Origin: Limibacter armeniacum
GTDB taxonomy: Bacteria; Bacteroidota; Bacteroidia; Cytophagales; Flammeovirgaceae
Assembly (NCBI RefSeq): GCF_036880985.1
Contig: NZ_JBAJNO010000008.1
Span: 1,859,500-1,923,499, forward strand
Direction: 5' to 3'
DNA length: 64,000 bases
Below are positions 37,201 through 45,955 of this stretch, one piece after another (the first letter of the stretch is position 1; every line of letters begins with the position of its first letter). The translations under genes were made by a program, and so were the position numbers. The notes under the pieces were generated by a model. That model searched no databases. It was not told the origin of the DNA and saw only the letters and a list, made by a program, of their open reading frames with translations.

Positions 37201-39191
37201 AGGCCTTGGTGCTGATGCGCATGAATATTGGCTTGCTCCGTTACAGCCCAGATGCAAGGGCTACAGCAGCCCTGTTTTGGTCAGAAGGCATGGAAAAGGC
37301 AGATAAGCAGCAGCTTGAAAACCGCATCAAGGGCATGTCCCTGATCTTGCAGGTATTCCCTGATTCCAAAGAATACCAATCACTGATTGAGGATTTGGAA
37401 GAGGATATGACCGTCTTTGCCAAAAGCTTGACTTCAGCCCTTCAGTCAACAGCAAAGGAAGCAGCGGCTTATCTGTTCCACGAATTGGCAACCGATACAG
37501 ATTTTATCGCAAGTAAGGAAGCCACACAACTGTGCAAGCAGTTCCTGCAGCATATCGAGATGAAACGGGTACAGCGAGACTATGAGGAAACAAAAAGAAA
37601 ACTGAAAGAAACCGACCTTTTGCACCGACTGGAATGGGAATTGGGTTGGCTGAATGCTTTTGCTTCCACCTTGCCTGAAGAAGAGCAAACGGTTTACGCC
37701 GATTACCTGTCAGAAGCCGCCGTGATTTTGTTGCTTGATGACCTGAACAGCCGAAAGGTTTCCCAATTGTCCGTCAAGCAGGAACTGAAAGGGCTGGCAG
37801 GAGATCATGCAGTCATTACGCAAAGCCAATATCAGTTTGATTACAATGCCTTGATGGAAAAGCTTCAGTCATTCGAAGCCATTCAGGTGCCGAAGTTTGA
37901 GGCATTTATCAATCTGAAGAAAGAAATTGCAGCAGACTTCAAAGCCAAGGTCAAGCTGGACAGCTTTAAGCCGAGAGTGCTTTCCTCCTTTGTCCGCAAC
38001 AAGCTGATCGATGATGTGTACCTGCCATTGGTCGGGGATAACCTTGCCAAGCAGATGGGTACCGTCGGGGAAAACAAACGTACCGACCTGATGGGCTTGC
38101 TTTTGCTGGTTTCGCCTCCGGGTTATGGTAAAACCACCCTGATGGAATATATCGCCAGCCGATTGGGACTGATCTTTATGAAAATCAACGGTCCTGCCAT
38201 CGGGCATCAGGTTACTTCGCTGGATCCTTCGGAAGCACCGAATGCGACCGCAAGGGAAGAATTAGAGAAACTGAACCTCTCCTTCGAGATGGGCGACAAT
38301 GTCATGATCTACCTGGATGATATTCAGCACTGCCACCCTGAACTGCTGCAGAAGTTTATCTCACTTTGTGACGGTCAGCGTAAGATCGAAGGGGTGTACA
38401 AGGGCGTAACCAAAACCTACGATTTCCGAGGAAAGAAAGTCTGTGTCGTGATGGCAGGTAACCCGTACACCGAAAGCGGTGATAAATTCCAGATTCCGGA
38501 CATGCTGGCAAACAGGGCAGATACCTACAACCTCGGTGAGATTATCGGTGATTCGGCTGAGGCATTCAAGCTGAGTTATATTGAAAACTCCCTGACCTCA
38601 AACCCTGTCCTGAACAAGCTGACAAGTAAAAGCAAAAAGGATATCTATACGCTGATCAATATCGCCAAGACAGGCAACAGGGAAGGAGCTGAGTTTGAAT
38701 CCAATATCTCAGGAGAGGAAGTCAATGAGTTTGTGTCGGTGCTTGAAAAGATGCTGAAAGTGCAGGAAGTGGTGCTGCAGGTCAATCAGCAATACGTGCG
38801 TTCGGCAGCGCAGGAAGACGCTTACCGTACAGAACCGCCATTCAAGATGCAAGGATCTTACCGTAACATGAATAAGCTGGCAGAGAAGATTGTCCCAATC
38901 ATGAATACACAGGAACTGGATACACTGATCCTTTCCCATTATGAAGGAGAATCACAGACCTTGACCACAGGAGCTGAAGCCAATATGCTGAAGTTTAAGT
39001 CACTTGTAGGTTGGCAGTCAAATGAGGAAAACCAACGTTGGGATGTTATCTGTCAGACATTCAAGAAGAACAACCAGCTGAAAGGTTTTGGTGACAATAA
39101 CCAGATGGCACAGGTACTGGCACAGATGTCTGCATTTACGGATGGGCTGGAAGCGATTAAGAAAGCATTGGAAAACGGATTAAAAAACTAA
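34257..39191 (+). CDS. Giant 1644-aa protein with a dynein-related AAA+ ATPase domain (AAA_5/MoxR-like) near the C-terminus; N-terminal 1250 aa are uncharacterised beta-rich and long helical/coiled-coil regions
   Basis: Walker A (LLLVSPPGYGKTTLMEY), Walker B (VMIYLDDIQHCHPE), the AAA_5-type motif (VCVVMAGNPYTESGDKFQIPDMLANRAD), and long heptad-like helical stretches between residues ~480 and 1250. Confidence 0.7.
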   Translation: MSTIDTAEETKKETQLDSGTYEILRKRLGSQAEELQSRLNKLNSARKEIFGALDARLLATDRISTDNNCVPRDMVPVLENLFIFGYNVHIGLKKEAALSDVFSVYAYNSTDHSFHPKDLNILHDKTFEKEFKELYQYYRDTVFVKFFVKDNFLYMIFRVGKNVTDIKAFKWLIEENGLKYIDNRSDHEVQYPRQHEFEWKRASRDDHRTGEHPHVSIMDRVFVETVGGDLTIKIEDNTSTGEGIYAEEVEIADQTLDDAEIYYADLGNLILLKMRPFQEKKWRFIVFNDKIKEARRIDAIEDSCVLLPDDQGIIVSNGYYLQTGEYKHFDSELTGLKFERRIHSPNGEDTMYVFYQRELGEYILLSYNVIEKQVESPIACHGYSFFKSGELVYFKTDDEPKKIHGLQVWQTPYVHPDFVQAPAHADSFLYKVGNKDIVRAMSDCYAVLNLCRKEDSYEGLYADLSRSAMAVTDNYYWVGNEEAFELSDTLSEIRLTASTAIEEFEKVARQRKHAAEQTKLISEKADELLKEVDRRIFQHVDEFVRFLAELRTVRGEVISLKEVRYVDLSLVDHYETALAEKSDKLSAKCVEFLLRDDALLPYVEKVEAVQEEAEAVEKVTVADEVAEGIAKIGSELELLIDIVSNLKIEDATQTTQIIDLISDIYARLNNVKAKLKARRKELLGAEAIAEFNAQLKLINQAVVNYLDVSDTPQKCEEYLTKLMVQMEELEGKFSDFDEFLGELTAKRDEIYSAFETRKTQLQEERNKRAMSVQSAAERILKGIRNKLKSIKEINEINSYFASDLMVDKVRDMIKKLHEIEDAPKAEDLQSQLKTLKEDAVRQLKDRQDLFVGGDNVIKMGRHHFAVNTQELDASLVLKDDGFFYHLAGTQFYEKVINEQLEQTREVWQQSVISENKTVYRGEYLAYQLFRAIENGAANTTFNEFQEKDDTERLEVVQAFMASRYHEGYTKGVHDKDALLILEALVLMRMNIGLLRYSPDARATAALFWSEGMEKADKQQLENRIKGMSLILQVFPDSKEYQSLIEDLEEDMTVFAKSLTSALQSTAKEAAAYLFHELATDTDFIASKEATQLCKQFLQHIEMKRVQRDYEETKRKLKETDLLHRLEWELGWLNAFASTLPEEEQTVYADYLSEAAVILLLDDLNSRKVSQLSVKQELKGLAGDHAVITQSQYQFDYNALMEKLQSFEAIQVPKFEAFINLKKEIAADFKAKVKLDSFKPRVLSSFVRNKLIDDVYLPLVGDNLAKQMGTVGENKRTDLMGLLLLVSPPGYGKTTLMEYIASRLGLIFMKINGPAIGHQVTSLDPSEAPNATAREELEKLNLSFEMGDNVMIYLDDIQHCHPELLQKFISLCDGQRKIEGVYKGVTKTYDFRGKKVCVVMAGNPYTESGDKFQIPDMLANRADTYNLGEIIGDSAEAFKLSYIENSLTSNPVLNKLTSKSKKDIYTLINIAKTGNREGAEFESNISGEEVNEFVSVLEKMLKVQEVVLQVNQQYVRSAAQEDAYRTEPPFKMQGSYRNMNKLAEKIVPIMNTQELDTLILSHYEGESQTLTTGAEANMLKFKSLVGWQSNEENQRWDVICQTFKKNNQLKGFGDNNQMAQVLAQMSAFTDGLEAIKKALENGLKN

Positions 39192-39247
39192 TCAGACATT
39201 GTTCTGATAGCAGGAAATATATTATCAATCATTAAAACTAAATAGAA

Positions 39248-39622
39248 ATGGACAAGGAAAGGTTATATGACGCATTCGGAGAGCTGTTGTATGCAGTAGC
39301 TTTGGCTGATGGAATGATCCAACCAGAAGAAATCAATAAAATTGAGCAAGTGTTGGCTAATCATTCTTGGGGTAGGGAAATCGAGTGGTCATTCAACTAT
39401 GAAAAAAACAAGAACAATGACCCAAAGCAAGTGTATGAAAAAGCACTTGACACATTGAAACAACATGGGCCTGATCCTGAGTATACATTCCTGATTGAGA
39501 TTTTGGAAGAAGTAGCAAGAGCAAGTGACGGAATTGACGAATCAGAAGACAAGGTGATTTCAGATATGCAGTCATCACTCAAAATGCACTTTATTCAGCA
39601 GGTAGAAGATATGAAGCTGTAA
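39248..39622 (+). CDS. TerB-family (tellurite-resistance TerB-like) small protein
   Basis: LYDAFGELLYAVALADGMIQPEEINKIEQVL is the TerB N-terminal helix-pair signature. It lies 57 nt after the giant ATPase gene and shares its terminator. Confidence 0.65.
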   Translation: MDKERLYDAFGELLYAVALADGMIQPEEINKIEQVLANHSWGREIEWSFNYEKNKNNDPKQVYEKALDTLKQHGPDPEYTFLIEILEEVARASDGIDESEDKVISDMQSSLKMHFIQQVEDMKL

Positions 39623-39642
39623 TTATTCTCTTTGGTAAGAAA

Positions 39643-39674
39643 AATGGGTACCTTCAAAAGGTACCCATTTTTTA
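39643..39674. terminator. Bidirectional terminator
   Basis: AATGGGTACC-ttcaaaa-GGTACCCATT followed by TTTTTATT. Confidence 0.75.
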
Positions 39675-39677
39675 TTA

Positions 39678-41318
39678 CTAATTGATGTCACTATACGTTA
39701 TGTTTAAAGCATTCAGAATTTCATCGGCTGGAATAATAAAAGTAATTCCTTCTACGCCTTGCCCCACAACTTTGGCATCAATGACACCAATAACTTTACC
39801 ATTATAGATTAATGGACCACCGCTATTCCCAGGGCTTATACTTACATCGGATTGCAAGAATGTTTTTTCCTCAATAGTACGTTTTCCACTGATCATACCT
39901 TTTGAAAGTGTCTGACCTAACGTGATATCAGCAGGAGTGCCAATTGCGATCACAGAAGTTCCTAATTTTACATCATCAGTAGAAATAGGAAGAGGTTTGA
40001 TTACATGATCTATTTTTAAAAGAGCTAAATCTCTTTGTGCATTATAATTAATCAATTTAGCTTCTAGTTTTTGGTCGTTGGAAAGGATGACTTCTAGAGA
40101 ATCCACATCTTCAATTACATGGTAATTAGTGATGATATAACCATCTTCACTGATAGCGAAACCACTACCATGACCTGCTTCTGTATTGACTGTGACAACA
40201 GAATTTACTAAGTCTTCAAACTCTTCTGATATAGGAATGTTTTTTTGTATAGTAATTTTCTGCTCTAAGCTTGTTTCAACACTTTTGTTAGTTAATTCAT
40301 AAAGCTCTGAAGATGTATTTAAAAATTCATGAAAGTTTTGGCTGAATACATTCTCAAAAACACTTCTGATATCTGTAGAAATATTAAACCCTTTGGTACT
40401 AATTTTTTTCTCCATTAGAGTGTTATTAGTTCTTCTCAGTTTTACTTTCCAAATAACTTCAATATTGGATTGAATTGGATATATATCAGCATTGGCATAT
40501 TTTGTAGTTACACTATTGAAGAATTTAGTTACTTCTGCAGTAATGATATACCTTGGTAGCTTTAATGGAGTGAGTGTATTTTTTGATTCAAAATCCGGTA
40601 CTTGAAAGTTTAAATCTTCTAATGACTCATTCACTGCTTTCTCTAATTCAAAATCCTTGAATTGTATGTCTTTTTCCCAATCAATAGTTCTACTATAGCT
40701 GTTATAAGTGATTTTACCAGCTTTTTCCCCCTCTTTCAAATTAATATTGACTTCACTGCAGAATATCAAATCTGTTACATCTTCAACCTTTTTATTTTTT
40801 TTGTAAATCGGTAATGTTAATTCTGAAGACAGATAATCATAAGCCTTTTTATTCGAAGTGATTATATCAATAACGAATGGAAGAGAGAAGCCTATGGCGT
40901 AACTAGAAAGTGCCATTGTAGGGTTTTCATCGTCAATATTGAGTGCTAAGCCTAAACCACCTGGTCCGGTGAGTACGCTCCCTAACCAGGTATTTCCCAA
41001 AGTTGAAGTTGCACGGGTTCTATGTGTAGGAACTTCTATAGTAGTTGTCTCATAACCTTCTTTTGCTAAGGATATATGTAATGGGGCTTCATGCCTTTCA
41101 ACTTTTACCTTCAGTGGCGTTTCACCTACATATTCATGATCAATATAGACCTTAGCGTTAGGTTCATTAGATTTAACTTGTATTTTCTGTTTATGCCCTA
41201 ACATAATTGTATGGCATCCAGTTAAAAAAAGTAGAGGAATCAATAAAAAAGTTATAAATCTCATTTTTTGAATTTTAATTGAATGATAAAAAGGCTTCGT
41301 CAACATGAAGAGCCTCAT
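39678..41318 (-). CDS. Lipoprotein with a PEGA-like domain and a C-terminal trypsin-like (S1) serine peptidase domain; no PDZ domain
   Basis: Lipobox (LFLTGC), PEGA-like KVYIDHEYVGETPLKVKV, catalytic triad contexts (TNYHVIED; DLALLKID; GNSGGPLI). Confidence 0.75.
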   Translation of the reverse strand: MRLFMLTKPFYHSIKIQKMRFITFLLIPLLFLTGCHTIMLGHKQKIQVKSNEPNAKVYIDHEYVGETPLKVKVERHEAPLHISLAKEGYETTTIEVPTHRTRATSTLGNTWLGSVLTGPGGLGLALNIDDENPTMALSSYAIGFSLPFVIDIITSNKKAYDYLSSELTLPIYKKNKKVEDVTDLIFCSEVNINLKEGEKAGKITYNSYSRTIDWEKDIQFKDFELEKAVNESLEDLNFQVPDFESKNTLTPLKLPRYIITAEVTKFFNSVTTKYANADIYPIQSNIEVIWKVKLRRTNNTLMEKKISTKGFNISTDIRSVFENVFSQNFHEFLNTSSELYELTNKSVETSLEQKITIQKNIPISEEFEDLVNSVVTVNTEAGHGSGFAISEDGYIITNYHVIEDVDSLEVILSNDQKLEAKLINYNAQRDLALLKIDHVIKPLPISTDDVKLGTSVIAIGTPADITLGQTLSKGMISGKRTIEEKTFLQSDVSISPGNSGGPLIYNGKVIGVIDAKVVGQGVEGITFIIPADEILNALNITYSDIN

Positions 41319-41325
41319 TTTTAAA

Positions 41326-42933
41326 TTAGTTGATACTGCTATATTTAATATTTAAACCTCTAAATATTTCATTGATAGGTATGATAAATGTAATGCCTTC
41401 AATCCCATTACCCACCATTTTTGCATCGACAATCCCGATTACTTTTCCTTCATAGAGCAGGGGACCACCACTATTTCCTGGGCTTATACTGACATCTGAT
41501 TGTAGGTATTGTTTTTCATCAATCTTACGTTTGCCACTGATCATACCTTTTGATAGGGTTTGACCTAATGCAATATCAGCAGGTGTACCTATGGCAATTA
41601 CTGAGGCTCCAAGTTTAACTGATTCTTTTGAAAGCGGTAAAGGTTTTATAGTATGGTCTATTTTCAGAAGTGCCAAATCTCTCTCTGAGTTGAAGTTTAT
41701 TAGTTTTGCTTCATATTTTTCATTATTAGAAAGAATTACTTCCAATGTGTCGACATCTGCTACAACATGAAAGTTTGTGATAATATAACCATCCTCACTG
41801 ATAGCAAAGCCACTTCCATGACCTGTATTGGTATTGACAGTTACAGCTGATTGTATCCAATCTTCTGCTTCATTAGATACGGGAATACCATCAGGAATTG
41901 AAACTGAAGTTGTCAGTCTCTGACTTTTCTTTTTTACAACTAATTCATAGAACTCGGGAGTAATATTAAGGAACTGGTAAAAGCTATATTCAAAAGTTTT
42001 CTTAAAGGCATCTCTTACTTCTTTGGATGGTGTGTAGTTTTGAACCTTTACAGCTTTTTCAATCAAAACTTCTTCAGTCTTTCTTTTCAGAACCTTCCAT
42101 GTTACTTCAAGGTCAGTTGTCAATGCATAATGTTCAGCGTTTCTTTCTCTAGCGACAGATCTTTGCCCAATGTTGAAAGTAACATGATTGTAGACTTTAG
42201 TTACTTCAGCCTTCAGTATATACCTTGGTAAAAGAATCGGTTGTAATGCTCCTTTTACTTCAAAGTCAGGGACTTTAAATCCATATTTGTCTAATTCCGT
42301 ATTTACGGTTTTTTCTAACTCAAAATCTTGAAAAGTAATATCTTCTTGCCAATCTATTTCTTTAGAGATATTTCCATATTTTACTTTTCCTGCTTCTTCT
42401 CCTTCTTTTAAATCTACTGATACAGAAGTACAGAATATCAAATCTGTTTCTACTTTAATTGTGTCAGGTTTTTTATAGATTGGTAAATTAAGTTCAGAGT
42501 TTAGATATTGGTATTTAGCTCCGGAGTATTTGTCTATTAAAAAAGCTGCAGTAATACCTGTTGCTTGAATGCCTAAATTTAATCCAAAAGTTTCTTCAGA
42601 GTTAGTTGCTCCTACCATACTTGAACCTAAAGCACCTACGATACCACCTAATATTACATTTCCGACAATAGCGTTTCCTTGTAGCCTTTTATAGGATGGA
42701 ATTACATAAGTCGCAGAGTCATAACCATCTTTTGATAAAGTAATGTTGAGGGGTTTTTCTTGTCTTTTAATTCTTTTTTTAAAAGGAGTGACTCCAACAT
42801 ATTCATTATCTATATAGATTTCGGCTTTTTCTATGTTAGAGTCAATACTGATTTTTTGTTTTGTGCCATGAATAATAGTTTGGCAGCTAGATAATAGAGT
42901 TAATACTGATAGTAGAATTGTAGAAAGTTTCAT
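41326..42933 (-). CDS. Tandem paralogue of the preceding PEGA-trypsin lipoprotein
   Basis: Same architecture (lipobox LLSSC; EIYIDNEYVGVTPFKKRI; TNFHVVAD; DLALLKID; GNSGGPLL). About 60% identity to its neighbour across the protease domain. Confidence 0.75.
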   Translation of the reverse strand: MKLSTILLSVLTLLSSCQTIIHGTKQKISIDSNIEKAEIYIDNEYVGVTPFKKRIKRQEKPLNITLSKDGYDSATYVIPSYKRLQGNAIVGNVILGGIVGALGSSMVGATNSEETFGLNLGIQATGITAAFLIDKYSGAKYQYLNSELNLPIYKKPDTIKVETDLIFCTSVSVDLKEGEEAGKVKYGNISKEIDWQEDITFQDFELEKTVNTELDKYGFKVPDFEVKGALQPILLPRYILKAEVTKVYNHVTFNIGQRSVARERNAEHYALTTDLEVTWKVLKRKTEEVLIEKAVKVQNYTPSKEVRDAFKKTFEYSFYQFLNITPEFYELVVKKKSQRLTTSVSIPDGIPVSNEAEDWIQSAVTVNTNTGHGSGFAISEDGYIITNFHVVADVDTLEVILSNNEKYEAKLINFNSERDLALLKIDHTIKPLPLSKESVKLGASVIAIGTPADIALGQTLSKGMISGKRKIDEKQYLQSDVSISPGNSGGPLLYEGKVIGIVDAKMVGNGIEGITFIIPINEIFRGLNIKYSSIN

Positions 42934-43040
42934 CTTGCATGTGGTTAATTAGTGGAATGCAAAAATATTCATATTTTACTAATAAATGTAAATTATTGAA
43001 ATAGTTGTTGATAAAATAATGTGACTTATGGATTAACTCT

Positions 43041-43064
43041 CTTTCAGGGCTTATGCCCTGAAAG
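43041..43064. promoter_or_regulatory. Perfect 10-bp-stem hairpin between the SusC-like gene and the protease genes, with no T-run. Possible processing or regulatory site.
   Basis: CTTTCAGGGC-ttat-GCCCTGAAAG. Confidence 0.3.
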
Positions 43065-43099
43065 GAGGATATGTTTAAATGGTTAATATTCAGTCACAT

Positions 43100-45955
43100 T
43101 TATAGAGTATGTTTCAACTGCACTTTTATACTAAATCCATAAGTTTTGGTTGGCAATAAGGCAGCTTCTTCAATAGCACCACTCCAAGGAGAAGAAGAAG
43201 TGACAGCACTTTCAGGGTCTACATGCTGGTTGTCTAATCCCAAAATCAGTAGGTTTCTGCCAAATGCACTGAAGCGAATCTTGTCAATAAATTTGATACC
43301 CAATTTGTCTCCAGTCAGGTTATAACCTATTGATAAATCCCTCAGCTTAATATAGGAAGCGTCAAATACATTCAACTCATCAACAGAATTGAACATTTTA
43401 CCATATTCCTCAGCACTGATGCGTGTCATGTTTGTAGAGCCATCACGGTTTTTGCCTTCCAGTACAATGCCATCTTCCCGAATATTGTTGGCTGTAGTCT
43501 CTATTAAGGTACCTGCATACATACCATACCTATTGGTGTAAGATATATAATGACCTCCTTTTTGAATATCAAACAGGAAACTCAGGTCAAGGTCTTTAAA
43601 ACGGAATGTGTTGCGAATGCCCATATTGTAGTCAGGCATTACTTTACCCAAGTCTTGGTTGGTTATGGTAGCATACTGTCCATCACTGTTTAGAATGGCA
43701 TTACCTTGTGTATTATCTCTTTCAATTGCAGTACCCATGAGAACAAGGTTGCCAGCATCCTGTACTTGAACTTTTACTCCTCTGTACTCTTCAGCACTTA
43801 GCGATGTGAACTCAGGAATAAAGTTCATTTCAAAGTTATTGGTGTAGAAGTTACCATCTACCTTCCAGTTAAAGTCTTTGAACTTAAGAATGTCTGCACT
43901 AAGGTTTAGTTGAATGCCTTTATTGGTTAAGGAACCTATATTTATTAGCCGATTGCTGTATCCTGTACCACTGTTTACAGTGATTGGGAAAATAGCATCA
44001 TTGGTTTTGTTGGCATAATATGTAAAGTCAACAGTTAGCCTGTTCTTGAAAAAAACTAATGAGGTCCCTAATTCAAGATCAGCAACTGTTTCAGCTGACA
44101 AGTCAGAAGTAAGGTAGTTAGCAGTTGAAAAAATAGACTGTCTTACTCCATGATGAATTAGTCCTCTGACAGTACCATAACTAAATAAGCTGTTAGGTAA
44201 AGGTTTCCTGAAAACATAGGCTGCGGAAACCCCGAAGTCTGAATTATTTTCTGATTGTCCTTCTGGACTGTCAATAATACCTGAAACTTCTGTGAAAATA
44301 GTCTCTTTCCAATTGGCTGTGACTGAGGCTTTATAGTAAGTGTTTTTTAAATTCAACCCAATGGTTTGAATAGAAGCAGGTTGATTAGAGTTGTAAAGCG
44401 CATATATACCTGCAACACTTAAACCTCCATTTGTGGATGCGTTTTTATAAGTGCTTTTTTGGTTTTGTACTCCTCCAGTAAGTGAGCCAATCAAATTCCA
44501 GTCACCATACTGTCTCTTCATATTAACTAATAACTCAAAGTTTTCGGTATCCTCTGTTTGAGCATTGGTACTGAATTGACTTTGTTGAACAGAGCCAATT
44601 GCAATTCTTTCTTCAGAATTGAAAGAATAACTTTCTCCAAAATAGCGGGTAGTCAAATCGAGCCAATCAGTTGCGGCAAAACTAGCTTGTGCATTCCAAC
44701 TATTATGGGTACGGTTGTCGTTTTGGAAATTATAGTATCGTGTCCAGTAAGGGTTGTTATGAGATAGCGGAAGGCTGTTGTCAATTGCCCTTCTGTTCCA
44801 AGCAGCTTGGTGACCTCCCTGATAGATAAAGTTTTGCAGATGATCATAGTCCAATTGGGTTTGTGTCCATTGGATCATGGAAGTATTGATATTTAAGTTA
44901 TTAGTGCCAACTGCAGGTCTGCCCATTACTTTTTGCTTCAAGTAATTAGCACTTAAGCTGAAAGTTATTTTTTCTATTGGTTTAAGGGCTATGTAACCCT
45001 TTAACCTGTCATGATTGTAATCCGAATTGGGCGTATATCCATCATTGTTAGTCCTTGAATAGGTAAATCTAGAGTTGACTAATGGTGTTGTGATCCAGGC
45101 CGTAACATGGTGAGCTCCCGTATGTCCTCTATCATAAAAATCCTCATAAGTAATATTGGGAGCTACCCAAGGAGAGGTACCGTAGATAGTGCCTTCTTGG
45201 TCTAGGTTATACCAATGTACTACTTCTGTACCGTCAAGTTTAGGACCCCAGCTTTCATCTACCATATAATCAACAGTATTGTATATATTTTCGTCAGATC
45301 CTTGTACCTGTTGGAAGCTTGAGCTGTTACCCCCTCCATATTCATACTGTAGTTTGGGTAGTGCAATTACCTTTTCAGAGATAGAAGTGTATTCATAATC
45401 AACTCCCACATATTTGTCATCACTGAAATGGCTATTTGTATTGATAATGATTGCTCCATTGCTGGCGGCAGAACCATATAACATACTGGCTGAGGCACCT
45501 GAAATTACCTTTACTTCTTTAATCTCTTGAACAGGTATGTCTTGCAAGACACTGCCGTAATCATAATCTCCATTGGTTGACAAAAGGTCTGAGGAAAGTA
45601 AAGGAACTCCATCCAAGACGATCAGTGGTTTGCTGTTTCCTGACAAGTTATTGATACCTCTTGACTGTACAGAAACAGAACCGAACTGATTGCCAGATGC
45701 ACTAGCAATTTTGAATCCTGATACATTTCCTGAAAGTGCCTCTAAAAGGTTTGTGGAGTGGCTGTTTTTAAGGTTAGCGCTGTTAAGTTCTTGAATATGA
45801 TGCAGCTGTTTATAGTTATGGGTATTTGGGTATAACTCTACAACTGTACTATCCTGAATAATGTCTTGAGAGAAGGCTTCTCCTGCCACAGAGGTGAAAA
45901 ATACTAAATGGGATAAAAGTATTTTACACAGTTTGTTTTGAAAAAAGTTTAACAT
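43100..45955 (-). CDS. TonB-linked outer-membrane protein, SusC/RagA-like (TonB-dependent receptor); no SusD-like gene downstream
   Basis: Signal peptide, plug motifs (NVSGFKI...SVQSRGINNLSGNSKPLIVLDGVPL) and a ~900-aa barrel. Confidence 0.7.
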   Translation of the reverse strand: MLNFFQNKLCKILLSHLVFFTSVAGEAFSQDIIQDSTVVELYPNTHNYKQLHHIQELNSANLKNSHSTNLLEALSGNVSGFKIASASGNQFGSVSVQSRGINNLSGNSKPLIVLDGVPLLSSDLLSTNGDYDYGSVLQDIPVQEIKEVKVISGASASMLYGSAASNGAIIINTNSHFSDDKYVGVDYEYTSISEKVIALPKLQYEYGGGNSSSFQQVQGSDENIYNTVDYMVDESWGPKLDGTEVVHWYNLDQEGTIYGTSPWVAPNITYEDFYDRGHTGAHHVTAWITTPLVNSRFTYSRTNNDGYTPNSDYNHDRLKGYIALKPIEKITFSLSANYLKQKVMGRPAVGTNNLNINTSMIQWTQTQLDYDHLQNFIYQGGHQAAWNRRAIDNSLPLSHNNPYWTRYYNFQNDNRTHNSWNAQASFAATDWLDLTTRYFGESYSFNSEERIAIGSVQQSQFSTNAQTEDTENFELLVNMKRQYGDWNLIGSLTGGVQNQKSTYKNASTNGGLSVAGIYALYNSNQPASIQTIGLNLKNTYYKASVTANWKETIFTEVSGIIDSPEGQSENNSDFGVSAAYVFRKPLPNSLFSYGTVRGLIHHGVRQSIFSTANYLTSDLSAETVADLELGTSLVFFKNRLTVDFTYYANKTNDAIFPITVNSGTGYSNRLINIGSLTNKGIQLNLSADILKFKDFNWKVDGNFYTNNFEMNFIPEFTSLSAEEYRGVKVQVQDAGNLVLMGTAIERDNTQGNAILNSDGQYATITNQDLGKVMPDYNMGIRNTFRFKDLDLSFLFDIQKGGHYISYTNRYGMYAGTLIETTANNIREDGIVLEGKNRDGSTNMTRISAEEYGKMFNSVDELNVFDASYIKLRDLSIGYNLTGDKLGIKFIDKIRFSAFGRNLLILGLDNQHVDPESAVTSSSPWSGAIEEAALLPTKTYGFSIKVQLKHTL

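Noticed and set aside
43071-43127. AGGAGG followed by an 18-codon mini-ORF just after the hairpin at 43041-43064
   Set aside because: It is too short, overlaps the end of the SusC-like gene, and Bacteroidota rarely use Shine-Dalgarno sequences. Probably fortuitous.
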